Part shown: positions 50,613 through 60,374 of the stretch, piece by piece
Position numbering within the stretch: the first letter of the stretch is position 1
Layout of the letters: each line of letters starts with the position of its first letter
Assembly: GCA_964631685.1 (NCBI GenBank)
Contig: CAZVZU010000007.1
Coordinates: 26,092-90,091, forward strand
Reading direction: 5' to 3'
DNA from: an uncultured Actinomycetes bacterium
GTDB lineage: Bacteria; SZUA-79; Acidulodesulfobacterales; Acidulodesulfobacteraceae
DNA length: 64,000 bases
Position numbers and translations under genes: made by a program
The notes under the pieces: generated by a model
The model's input: only the letters and a program-made list of their open reading frames with translations
Told to the model about the DNA's origin: nothing
Database searches by the model: none

Positions 50613-51137
50613 ATGGGGCATTTGGAGCATAAAAATGATGCGGAGGCTAAAAAACCGCTAAACGTTTATGTGGTAACCTTGAGTGATACAAGGGGCGAAG
50701 ATAACGATGAAAGCGGAAAATACATAAAAGAAAGGGTTTTGTCGACTTTGTGCAAAATTTCGGGGTATAAAATTTTAAGAGACGATAAGGACGATTTAGA
50801 GGGTCTTATTGTTAATGTTTGTAACGAGAGTGCTACTCCTATGACAGATGCCGTCATTATAAACGGCGGAACAGGCGTTTCTCTTAGGGATATTACTTAT
50901 GAAACCCTACATGACTTGTACGACAAAGAATTATACGGTTTTGGAGAGCTGTTTAGAAGTTTAAGTTATGATAAAATAGGGTCTTCCGCTATAATGTCTA
51001 GGGCATCCGCGGGGATCTATAATAAAAAGATTATTTTTTCTATCCCCGGTTCCTTGAATGCCGTAAGACTAGCTATGGACAAGATAATACTCAATGAAAT
51101 CGGCCATATTCATTATGAGATTTCAAAACATCTTTAG
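50613..51137 (+). CDS. moaB: Molybdenum cofactor biosynthesis protein B (MoaB/MogA family)
   Basis: MoCF_biosynth domain: INGGTGVSLRDIT and IFSIPGS. 174 aa. Confidence 0.85.
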   Translation: MGHLEHKNDAEAKKPLNVYVVTLSDTRGEDNDESGKYIKERVLSTLCKISGYKILRDDKDDLEGLIVNVCNESATPMTDAVIINGGTGVSLRDITYETLHDLYDKELYGFGELFRSLSYDKIGSSAIMSRASAGIYNKKIIFSIPGSLNAVRLAMDKIILNEIGHIHYEISKHL

Positions 51138-51138
51138 A

Positions 51139-51855
51139 ATGATGAATACGATAAATGTTAAAATACGACTTTTTGCTGCTTTTAAAGAATTAATTGGGAA
51201 AAGTCAAATTGATTTACCCCTTCCTGAAAATTCGTCGGTTAGAGATGCCGTTAAAATCCTAGAGGTATCTTATCCTAAAATAAAGGATATTCTTACTGTT
51301 TCTAAGTTTGCCGTTAATTTGGAGTATCAAGATATTGAGATGAAATTGTCAGATGGGGACGAGATAACCGTTATTATGCCAGTAAGCGGGGGAATTTTGC
51401 ATAATGTTGGCGAAGGACCGTTTAAATCATCAGAAATTGGCAACAAAGTCCTTATAGAAATTATTCCTGACAAAATTAATACTATGACGGTGCTTGATTT
51501 TATATCTGTTCCCTCTGCGGGTTCTGTGCTTTTGTTTAACGGAACCGTAAGAGATAATGAGGATGGTGAACCCGTAAAGTATCTATTTTATGAAGCATAT
51601 AAGGAAATGGCCATAAAAGAAATGCAAAAATTAATAAATAAATCATTTAGCGAATATGAACTCTTAAGGATTGCTGTAATACATAGGGTAGGAAGAATAA
51701 ATATAGGTGACATCTCTATATCGATCGGGGTTTCAAGCCCTCATAGAAAAGATTCATATTTGGCATCAAAGTTCTTAATAGATAATATAAAGGAAACTGT
51801 TCCTATTTGGAAAAAAGAGACGCTTAGTAGCTTATCTAAATGGAAACGAATCTGA
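51139..51855 (+). CDS. Fused molybdopterin synthase: MoaD-like sulfur carrier + MoaE catalytic subunit
   Basis: The N-terminal beta-grasp (VKIRLFAAFKELIG...) ends in PVSGG at aa 81-85. It runs on without a stop into the MoaE signature (FNGTVRDN..., SSPHRKDSYLASKFLIDNIKETVPIWKKE). Confidence 0.85.
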   Translation: MMNTINVKIRLFAAFKELIGKSQIDLPLPENSSVRDAVKILEVSYPKIKDILTVSKFAVNLEYQDIEMKLSDGDEITVIMPVSGGILHNVGEGPFKSSEIGNKVLIEIIPDKINTMTVLDFISVPSAGSVLLFNGTVRDNEDGEPVKYLFYEAYKEMAIKEMQKLINKSFSEYELLRIAVIHRVGRINIGDISISIGVSSPHRKDSYLASKFLIDNIKETVPIWKKETLSSLSKWKRI

Positions 51856-51886
51856 AATTATTTAAAAATAAGGAATAATCAATCAT

Positions 51887-54847
51887 ATGAATGAGCTGTC
51901 TCTCGGTATAGATATAGGTTCCACGACGGTTAAATTTGCGATATTGGATAAAAACCTTAATGTAATTGAAAAAAACTATATTAGGTCCAATGGAGAGTCT
52001 TCTAGAACAGTATATAATATACTAAAAGAAGTGTTTAGTAAGTATTCCGAGGAATCATTTTACTCTATCGGGGCTACGGGTTCGGGTTCAAGGACAATTG
52101 GCGATATTCTGGGGATACCGAATATCAATGAGCTTGTTGCTCAAACCGAGGCGATAAAGCACTTGTATCCCGATGTTAGAACGGTCATAGAGATGGGAGG
52201 GCAAGATTCAAAATTTCTTATCTTAAGGAGAAATAAAGAAACGGATGAGCTTTTTCTTGAAGATTTTGAATTGAACGATTTGTGTGCGGCAGGGACGGGT
52301 TCTTTCCTTGACCAGCAGGCGGAAAGGCTTAATATTGATATTGAAAATGAATTTGGACGACTTGCATTAGAATCAAAAAATCCTGCAAAAATTGCAGGAA
52401 GGTGTACTGTTTTTGCCAAGTCGGATATGATCCATCTTCAGCAGGTTTCAACACCTATTTCCGATATAGTGGCAGGGTTGTGCTATGCGGTTGCAAGAAC
52501 ATTTATCGGAACAATTGCAAAGGGGAAGAAATTTGAAAAACCTATCATTTTCCAAGGCGGTGTTGCATATAATAAAGGAATGATAAAAGCATTTGAGGAT
52601 ATTTTAGGGCTTAAAAAAGGCGAGCTTATAATACCTGAACACCATACGGTTATGTCAGCTATAGGGATTGCAATGATATCCCGTAGGGAAAAAAGATTAA
52701 AATTCAACGGACTTGGCACCCTCAAAAAATTTATTGAACAAAACAGATTAACCGGCAGGTATCGTGAAAAATTAGAAGAACATATATCCAGAAATGGTTG
52801 CGCAAATTCTAACGGTGTTGATATCTTGAGGGCTTATTCCGACCTTACCGTTCCTATTTATATAGGGGTTGATACCGGGTCTGTTTCAACTAATATTGTT
52901 TTATTAGATGAAAACCAAAAGCTTTTAATTAAGAAATATAAGAAAACTAGTGGCAAACCCATAGAGACTGTCAGGAATGCGCTATATGAGATATTGACAA
53001 GCTTAAAGGCCTACAATATACATGTAGAAGTTAAGGGAGTTTGTACTACAGGTTCGGGAAGATATTTGATTGCGGACTACATTGGTGCGGATATCGTAAA
53101 AAATGAAATAACGGCTCAGGCGAAAGCGGCTGTTTTCATAGATAAGGATGTGGACACAATTTTTGAAATCGGTGGCCAAGATTCTAAATACATAAGGATT
53201 GATAATGGTGTTGTTATCGATTTTGAAATGAATAAAGCATGCGCAGCAGGTACGGGATCGTTTTTAGAGGAACAAGCTCAAAAACTTAATATCGATATAA
53301 TCAAAGAGTTTTCGGAAAAAGCGTTTAATGCAAGTAGTTCTTGTAACCTTGGCGATAGATGTACTGTTTTTATGGAATCGGACCTTGTTTCCCATCAGCA
53401 AAAGGGTGCTAATAAGGATCAACTCATAGCGGGGCTTGCATACTCTATTGTGGAAAATTATTTAAATAAAGTTGTTCTTGGAAAACCGGTGGGAAAGCAC
53501 ATTTTTTTCCAAGGGGGTGTTGCATTAAACTCGGCGGTTGTGAGCGCTTTTGAAGCTATTTTAAATAAAAAAATTATTATTCCAGACCATAATGAAGTTA
53601 CCGGAGCCATCGGTAGCGCTCTCATAGCATTTGAGCATCATGGGCAATCTAAATTTGCCGGTTTTGATTTAAGGGACAGGCAATATTTTCAAGAATCGTT
53701 TGAATGCAAAAAATGCACGAACTTATGTGATGTGAATAAAGTTACGGTTGAACAGGAACCGGCACATTATTATGGAGCGAGGTGCGATATATTTGAAATT
53801 GACAAAGGAAAGAGAAAAAAAGGCGAGAATTTTTTTAATTTTAGAAAAGAACTGTTATGCAGGGATTATTCTAAAGAAAATGAAAACGACTATTCAAAAC
53901 CTCGTATTGGTATTCCCTTGTGTCTTGAGACTTACGACCTATTTCCTTTTTACAATACATTTTTTAGCAAAATCGGTTTCAACATTATTTTATCCGACGA
54001 AACTAATAGGCAAATTGTAAATTTATCCAATGCATTATCGGTATCGGATACCTGTTTCCCTGTCAAGATAGCACTAGGGCATATTAGAAATCTCATAGAT
54101 AAAGGGATAGACGCCCTATTTTTGCCTGCACTGGTAAATAGGGAAAAAAATCACGATTTTCAGGCAAATACGTATCAATGTCCGTATATTCAGGGTATTC
54201 CTTTTACTACAAAATCGCTTTTAGATTTTGATAAAATAAATTGCGTAATGCCCCAGATACGTTTATTTGAAAACAATCGCGATCATAAGCTCACTATAGA
54301 GAGCATGGCAAAGCAATTAAAGAGTTTCCATATTCCAAAGGGTAAGCTCACAAGCGCTTTTAATGATGCGATGGAAAAGCAAAAAAGATTTTTTGAATTG
54401 TTAAAAATTAAAGGGCGGGAGGTTTTAGAGAAATATGATGATATAACTGTGTTAGTTGGCAGGCCCTATAATACACAAGATGAGGGTATTAATCTTTCTA
54501 TCCCAAATAAGATAGCTACCCTGGGTAAAACCGTTATTCCGATGGATTTTCTTGATCTCAGCGTGGTTTCAATACAGGGCGAACATGACAATATGTTCTG
54601 GCATTCCGGCCATAAGATTTTATCAGCGGCCAAAATAATAATGGATAACCCAAAATTGAATGCTATCTATCTCACGAATTACGCTTGTGGCCCTGATTCA
54701 TTTATTAAAAGTTTTTTTGCAGACTATATGAAATCCAAACCGTTTCTCGAATTAGAAATAGATGAACACAGTGCAGATACGGGATATATTACAAGGCTTG
54801 AGGCTTTTTTCGACAGTATAAGTGAATTTAAAACAGTAACGGCTTAG
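51887..54847 (+). CDS. Tandem BcrAD/BadFG-type ATPase ('CoA-substrate-specific enzyme activase') with C-terminal DUF2229-like domain
   Basis: Two ATPase modules, each with GIDIGSTT/GVDTGSVS, GGQDSK and CAAGTGSFL(D/E)(Q/E)QA. They are followed by about 330 aa typical of the long activase fusions. Confidence 0.82.
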   Translation: MNELSLGIDIGSTTVKFAILDKNLNVIEKNYIRSNGESSRTVYNILKEVFSKYSEESFYSIGATGSGSRTIGDILGIPNINELVAQTEAIKHLYPDVRTVIEMGGQDSKFLILRRNKETDELFLEDFELNDLCAAGTGSFLDQQAERLNIDIENEFGRLALESKNPAKIAGRCTVFAKSDMIHLQQVSTPISDIVAGLCYAVARTFIGTIAKGKKFEKPIIFQGGVAYNKGMIKAFEDILGLKKGELIIPEHHTVMSAIGIAMISRREKRLKFNGLGTLKKFIEQNRLTGRYREKLEEHISRNGCANSNGVDILRAYSDLTVPIYIGVDTGSVSTNIVLLDENQKLLIKKYKKTSGKPIETVRNALYEILTSLKAYNIHVEVKGVCTTGSGRYLIADYIGADIVKNEITAQAKAAVFIDKDVDTIFEIGGQDSKYIRIDNGVVIDFEMNKACAAGTGSFLEEQAQKLNIDIIKEFSEKAFNASSSCNLGDRCTVFMESDLVSHQQKGANKDQLIAGLAYSIVENYLNKVVLGKPVGKHIFFQGGVALNSAVVSAFEAILNKKIIIPDHNEVTGAIGSALIAFEHHGQSKFAGFDLRDRQYFQESFECKKCTNLCDVNKVTVEQEPAHYYGARCDIFEIDKGKRKKGENFFNFRKELLCRDYSKENENDYSKPRIGIPLCLETYDLFPFYNTFFSKIGFNIILSDETNRQIVNLSNALSVSDTCFPVKIALGHIRNLIDKGIDALFLPALVNREKNHDFQANTYQCPYIQGIPFTTKSLLDFDKINCVMPQIRLFENNRDHKLTIESMAKQLKSFHIPKGKLTSAFNDAMEKQKRFFELLKIKGREVLEKYDDITVLVGRPYNTQDEGINLSIPNKIATLGKTVIPMDFLDLSVVSIQGEHDNMFWHSGHKILSAAKIIMDNPKLNAIYLTNYACGPDSFIKSFFADYMKSKPFLELEIDEHSADTGYITRLEAFFDSISEFKTVTA

Positions 54848-54871
54848 TTGTAAATGGAATGGATGGTACCT

Positions 54872-55474
54872 TTATATCTCGTTTGTAACATAATCGTAGC
54901 CAGCTAGAATTGCTTTTATGCTATTTTTATTTTCAGCATCATTTTTTGATAATGAGGCAAGTTCACCACAGACCAAATTGGTATCAAGAAGCTCGCTTTT
55001 TGCTATAAATGCCCCTATTAATGCAATATAGGGACTGACTTTGTTTTTTCCCATCATTTCTGTGTTTATTACCTTTTCTACGGGAATTTTATATATATTA
55101 TCAGTTTTTTCCCTTAATTTTTCTGTTACCATATCGTTATCGGCAAGAAAATAGTTGCAAACGTTAAATGCCGAATAGTTGGAAAAAATCAGGGTATCTT
55201 TATTTATAAACGGTAAATAGTTTAACAACGAATGAAAATCCAAGCTAATTATGGCGTCAATGTATGGAGAGCAACTTGTTGATTTAAATTGTCCGACCCT
55301 TATAATGGAATGCGTAGGGCTATAGTTCGAAATATTAGATAAAGGCTTAATTGAAAGCGACACATTAAAATTTTCTTTTTTTAATGCAAGATAAATCAAT
55401 TGGCTTAAAGTCTTTATTTCCTTAAAATCAGAACCGTTTAGTATTAGACTGTAATTTATATTTTTCATCGTCAA
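54872..55474 (-). CDS. IorB / 2-oxoacid:ferredoxin oxidoreductase gamma-domain-like protein, motifs degenerate
   Basis: Size (200 aa) and hydrophobic pattern follow IorB. However, the N-terminal GxGGQG reads LNGSDF and the RGG region is absent. Confidence 0.45.
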   Translation of the reverse strand: MTMKNINYSLILNGSDFKEIKTLSQLIYLALKKENFNVSLSIKPLSNISNYSPTHSIIRVGQFKSTSCSPYIDAIISLDFHSLLNYLPFINKDTLIFSNYSAFNVCNYFLADNDMVTEKLREKTDNIYKIPVEKVINTEMMGKNKVSPYIALIGAFIAKSELLDTNLVCGELASLSKNDAENKNSIKAILAGYDYVTNEI

Positions 55475-55484
55475 TCACACGTTT

Positions 55485-57239
55485 TTATTTAATATTTATT
55501 TTACTTTCTAGGGATTTTTTTATTCTAACCCTTTTTCTTTTTTTTAATTTTATAGCATTATGAGGGCAAATATCTATGCACAGATTACAAAGTGTGCATA
55601 TCGACCCGTCAATAATTACATTTTTATCTTCGGCTATCATAATTGCGGGACATTTTGTCAGCTGATAACAGAGTCTGCATTCAAATTTTTTACAAGTGTT
55701 GTTGTCGATATAAAGATATTTTAAGTAGTTTAGATTTCTCCCGTTTTTTGCATTATTTTCACAACTATTACCTAAAAATATAAGGAAGGAATCATATTTT
55801 TCTTTTATATCTTGGAAGCGAATACCCTCTTTGAGAACCACTTTTTTAATTGATTTTAGTAATGGATTTTTTATAATGTCGTTGATATTATAAGCGGTAT
55901 CATTGACAGATTTATAAACAACGATCGTCATCTTAAACTTAGAATTTAAATTGTTTACAGTCTTCGCAAACATGCTTATCTGTTCTGTAAATCTTGAAAA
56001 TGAAACAAAAATGTACAACGTTTTATTCAAATCCCTTGGGTTTAAATTTGTTGCAAAATAAAGAGGATTCTTAATCGTTAATAAATTAGGGAAAGAATAT
56101 TTTAGAGAACTTGACTTTACCAGTGCAAAGCATTCATCATCCCCGATTAGAAAATTTTTTGCCGCAGATTTATCATCTTTTAGTTTATGCAAAAAGGTAA
56201 ATAAATTGCATCCTATGCAAAAAGTTGATTCAACCTCAATATTTGATAACACAAAATCATTAATGCAGAACCAGCAATTATTTTCTTCGGATGCAAACCT
56301 CAAATGTTCATACCTTAAAACAGATTTGCTACTTTTGACAAATTTTACAAGCGGATAACGCAAAATATGATAATCGTCAAAAATATAAATGTTTTTGTAA
56401 TAATCGTTACAGTGGTTCTTGATCACATCGTTGAGTTCGTCAGTCTCAAAAGGGTTTAGCAGATTAAAAAGGATAATATCCGAATTTTCCGAGAATTCGG
56501 TATCTTCAAGAATTTTATGGAAATTTTTTGCATCGGAAAAAACAAGATTATCGCTGTTTTTTCCTTTAAATATTTCGAAAGATTTTCCAATATTCTTGAA
56601 GTATCTGAGACTTTGCTTTAAGCCAATATCTAATTTTTTACCGGCACCGTAACTATTTTTAGTTTTCAATTGAAGTGACTGTTTCTTTTCCGTTCTCTCG
56701 GTATATGCTTCACGTTTACCAAGTTTAAATTCATACAACGCTGATTCGTCTAGGTATATTAAAACGGGTAATTTCAGCCTCTCAGAGAGTTCGAAATAAC
56801 GAGACAAGGATTCCGAAAAATCATCTATTTTGTAATAATTATATATCGGAAATATGTTTTTTAGATTGGAATAAAAATTCTGAACATTCTTTTTTTTAAA
56901 AAGAATTAAAACAATGCCGCCGTTTAAATTTTCGTTATTAAAAAAATATTTTTCTAAGTAATTAAAATTAAAAAAAGATTGATCAGAAGCTAGGCACATA
57001 ATCCTCTGGTGTATTACACTAAGAGAATAAATTGAAGTCCAGAGAAGGTCCGTATTGGAATATGTTTTCAAGCATGATAAATTTAATCTTTCAGGTAACA
57101 GAGGTGCCAGGTTGTCGTCAAAGAAAATATTTTTTATTCCACTGTTCACTGCGCTTTTCGACAGAAACTCAGTTCCGCTTATAAGTTCATTATTTCTTTT
57201 TTCAAGATGCAGGCTTGTATTTTTCTTAAATATTCGCAT
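55485..57239 (-). CDS. IorA (indolepyruvate:ferredoxin oxidoreductase alpha)-like protein, TPP-site motifs degenerate, C-terminal 2x[4Fe-4S]-like segment
   Basis: The layout matches IorA: N-terminal ISGTEFLSKSAVNSGI, GGIVLILF, FCIGCN...LIGDDECFALV, and the C-terminal CKKFECRLCYQLTKCP + CTLCNLCIDICP. The canonical GNEA, YPGTP and GDIGCYTLG residues are not conserved. Confidence 0.5.
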   Translation of the reverse strand: MRIFKKNTSLHLEKRNNELISGTEFLSKSAVNSGIKNIFFDDNLAPLLPERLNLSCLKTYSNTDLLWTSIYSLSVIHQRIMCLASDQSFFNFNYLEKYFFNNENLNGGIVLILFKKKNVQNFYSNLKNIFPIYNYYKIDDFSESLSRYFELSERLKLPVLIYLDESALYEFKLGKREAYTERTEKKQSLQLKTKNSYGAGKKLDIGLKQSLRYFKNIGKSFEIFKGKNSDNLVFSDAKNFHKILEDTEFSENSDIILFNLLNPFETDELNDVIKNHCNDYYKNIYIFDDYHILRYPLVKFVKSSKSVLRYEHLRFASEENNCWFCINDFVLSNIEVESTFCIGCNLFTFLHKLKDDKSAAKNFLIGDDECFALVKSSSLKYSFPNLLTIKNPLYFATNLNPRDLNKTLYIFVSFSRFTEQISMFAKTVNNLNSKFKMTIVVYKSVNDTAYNINDIIKNPLLKSIKKVVLKEGIRFQDIKEKYDSFLIFLGNSCENNAKNGRNLNYLKYLYIDNNTCKKFECRLCYQLTKCPAIMIAEDKNVIIDGSICTLCNLCIDICPHNAIKLKKRKRVRIKKSLESKINIK

Positions 57240-57585
57240 AATAATCCGTTAATTTAGATTGATCTACATAGATATCACGCTTATGCGTTAACGGTACATG
57301 ATACCATAATATTTGATTATAAGGAAGAACAAAAAATATTCTAAATACCCGTTGATTTTTTAAGCGAAATTTATATCAAAAAAAACAAAAAATGTGTTAC
57401 AATGTCAAATTACGTAAGTTTGAGGTTAGAACATGAATGTGCGTAAGATATTCGACTGCTACTCATTTATTCTCTATCAAAGGGTCGGGAATGGACGGCC
57501 TTTTGCCTATGGACGCGCAACATGAGGTTTTTAGATCTGCATAAAAACTAAATTTTCTTAAAAAATATTATTAGGGGGGTATCTT

Positions 57586-58473
57586 TTGCATCAGATAATT
57601 TATTACTTTATTGCATTTTTATGGGCTATATTCACTGGTTTCATGTTTTCGGCAACGGGAGCAGCGGGCGGTATACTTTCAAGTTTTGGATTTATCACTA
57701 TCTTAAATGTTCCTGTCGCTAATTCCGTAAAGGTAATGAGCGAGATACTCGTGCTGATATCACCCATTATTATTTTATTTTTTTATTTAAGGCAGGAAAG
57801 GTTCAGAAAATTAAGAAAAGTACTGTTTTTTGTTGGTTTTACACTTGGAATAGGCGCTGTTTTAGGGGCGCTGTTCGGTTCATGGTTTTCTAAAACATAC
57901 ATGTCTAACCTTAAGTCTTTCAAATATTTTTTCGGATACATAGCCTTTATGGTGGCTGCGTTAATGATTTATAAAGTCATCAGACAAAGAGGAAACAAGG
58001 ATAAGCGAAAGGCAGATTGTGATATCCATGAATCCGATATACTAAAAGAAGGAGAAATGAGTAAATTTTCGTTCAAAAAAATTAATTTTAAGGTTGACGG
58101 TAAATATTATTCTATATATCCTATTTTTATATTTTTTGTCGGTTTTTTGGTGGCAGTCCTTGCGGCCGGGTTCGGGGTTGGCGGCGGTTTTTTATTTGTT
58201 CCGTTTTTAACGGATATAATAGGATTCCCAGTTTTTTTGGCGGCGGCGATAAGCGTTTTATCTGTTTTAATCATAGCCATTGTGAGTGTTTCTGTTTATG
58301 TTTCAATGGGCGCTCCTGTGATCGTACCTCTTCTGGCTGTGAGTGTGGTAGGGATTTTAATAGGCTCCACAATAGGACCGAAGCTTTCCAAGCATGTTAA
58401 TAATGAATGGCTAAGATATGCCGTGATAGGTTTATTAATTTTTATAGGCATAGCATATGTATTTAAGCCTTAA
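57586..58473 (+). CDS. TauE/SafE (DUF81) family anion exporter-type membrane protein
   Basis: TTG start after GGGGGG. Two 4-TMS halves carry Gly-rich motifs (GAAGGILSSFGF; GFGVGGGFLFVPFL). Confidence 0.78.
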   Translation: MHQIIYYFIAFLWAIFTGFMFSATGAAGGILSSFGFITILNVPVANSVKVMSEILVLISPIIILFFYLRQERFRKLRKVLFFVGFTLGIGAVLGALFGSWFSKTYMSNLKSFKYFFGYIAFMVAALMIYKVIRQRGNKDKRKADCDIHESDILKEGEMSKFSFKKINFKVDGKYYSIYPIFIFFVGFLVAVLAAGFGVGGGFLFVPFLTDIIGFPVFLAAAISVLSVLIIAIVSVSVYVSMGAPVIVPLLAVSVVGILIGSTIGPKLSKHVNNEWLRYAVIGLLIFIGIAYVFKP

Positions 58474-58489
58474 ACGCGGATAGGATATG

Positions 58490-60286
58490 TTACGATTTTC
58501 CGGTTTCTCCGTATGATTTAATTCCAAGTTCTTCAAGTTGTTTATTTCTGACGGACGAAGGTGCGTCAGACAATGGACAGTACGCTTTTTGTGTTTTAGG
58601 GAAGGCTATAACGTCCCTGATAGAATCTTCATTTCTGAGGATCATTAATATTCTGTCAATACCGAAGGCAATGCCGCCATGTGGCGGGGCCCCGAAGCTT
58701 AATGCGTTGAGCAGAAATCCAAATTTAAGCCTCGCATCCTCAGGTGATATGGAAAGAATTTTAAAAATTTTATTTTGTAATGCAGGATTGTGAATTCTAA
58801 TACTGCCTCCTCCAATTTCTTCTCCGTTAAGAACGAGGTCATAGCTGTCGGATTTAACGGATAAAGGGTTTGTTTCTAGAATGTCTAAATCGTTTGCAGA
58901 GGGAGAAGTGAATGGGTGGTGGACCGAAACAATCTTTTTTTCTTCTTCTGAGTGTTCAAATAGTGGAAAGTTAACAACCCACAGAAGATCGAAAGTTTTC
59001 TCAGGGATAAGCCCATATTTTTTTGCTAGATAAAGCCTAAGTTTTCCCAGAACGGAATTAGCTATCTTTTTCGTATCGGCTTGATAAAATATGATATCCC
59101 CGTTTTTTGCCGATAATTTTTCAATTAGTTCTATCCTCTCTTTATCTGTAATGAATTTGGATATTCCACCTTCCAATGCTTTGTCTGAACCGACCTTGGT
59201 CCATGCGAGACCCTTGCCGCCATAATCTTTAATAATTGATAAAAGTCCGTCTATATCCTTTCTTGAAAGGATATTTGCTCCATTCGGCAGGCATATTGCT
59301 TTTATAGTTCCACCCTTATGCAATGCGTCTCTGAATACGTTCAGGGATGCATTCGCAAAAACATCGGATAAACAAGCGATTGTTAACTCAAACCTTGTAT
59401 CGGGCTTATCGCTTCCATACTTATCCATGGCCTCTTCATAATCCAATATTTTAAAGGGTATATTGATTTTTATATCAAGTAATGTTTCAAATATATTGAC
59501 GAAAAATTCTTCGGTAACCGCCATGATATCGTCCATTTCCACAAAAGACATCTCCATATCCAATTGTGTAAATTCCGGTTGTCTGTCCGCCCTCAAATCT
59601 TCATCCCTAAAGCATCTGACAATTTGATAATATTTTTCAAAACCACTAACCATAAGAATCTGCTTGAATAACTGCGGAGATTGTGGAAGCGCGAAAAAAT
59701 GACCGCGATTCAGCCTGGAAGGGACCAAAAAATCCCTCGAGCCTTCGGGTGTGCTTTTTGTTAGAAAAGGAGTTTCTATGTCCAAAAAACCCCTCTTATT
59801 CAAGAATTCTCTTATTAAAAATGTAAATTTAGACCTAAATATGAGATTATCTTTTAATCCCTTTCTTCTTAAATCCAGATATCTGTATTTAAGCCTTATC
59901 AGTTCGTTTACCTCTGTTTCTTCCTCTATTTGAAACGGGAGGGTTTCGCAGGTATTAAGTATTATCGCTGAGTTTACTAAAAGTTCAATTTTACCAGTCT
60001 TCAGTTGTTCGTTTTCGGTTCCCTCCGGCCTTTTTCTCACAATACCGGTGACGGATAGAACATATTCATTTTTCAGCTTTTTTGCTATTGCGAATAGGTC
60101 TTTTTCAATATTTTCATCGAATACTATCTGTATGATTCCGGAGTAATCTCTTAAATCTATAAATATTAATCCGCCGTGGTCTCTGTGGCGCATGACCCAG
60201 CCTTTAAGCGTATACTCTTTTCCTATACCCTTTTCGTTAATGTTTTCGCATAATGTTCTGTTGCATTTTTCCATAATCTTATTCAA
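58490..60286 (-). CDS. aspS: Aspartyl-tRNA synthetase
   Basis: OB-fold N-terminus (GWVMRHRDHGGLIFIDLRD), class II motif 2 FRDEDLRADRQPEFTQLD, and motif 3 GGIAFGIDRILM. Confidence 0.97.
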   Translation of the reverse strand: MNKIMEKCNRTLCENINEKGIGKEYTLKGWVMRHRDHGGLIFIDLRDYSGIIQIVFDENIEKDLFAIAKKLKNEYVLSVTGIVRKRPEGTENEQLKTGKIELLVNSAIILNTCETLPFQIEEETEVNELIRLKYRYLDLRRKGLKDNLIFRSKFTFLIREFLNKRGFLDIETPFLTKSTPEGSRDFLVPSRLNRGHFFALPQSPQLFKQILMVSGFEKYYQIVRCFRDEDLRADRQPEFTQLDMEMSFVEMDDIMAVTEEFFVNIFETLLDIKINIPFKILDYEEAMDKYGSDKPDTRFELTIACLSDVFANASLNVFRDALHKGGTIKAICLPNGANILSRKDIDGLLSIIKDYGGKGLAWTKVGSDKALEGGISKFITDKERIELIEKLSAKNGDIIFYQADTKKIANSVLGKLRLYLAKKYGLIPEKTFDLLWVVNFPLFEHSEEEKKIVSVHHPFTSPSANDLDILETNPLSVKSDSYDLVLNGEEIGGGSIRIHNPALQNKIFKILSISPEDARLKFGFLLNALSFGAPPHGGIAFGIDRILMILRNEDSIRDVIAFPKTQKAYCPLSDAPSSVRNKQLEELGIKSYGETGKS

Positions 60287-60374
60287 GACCTCTCTGTCTG
60301 TAAAAGTATAAATAACATTAAAAAACAGGATGGATATAAAAATTTAGTCTTTTAGTTTATACCTTTGCAGTGTA

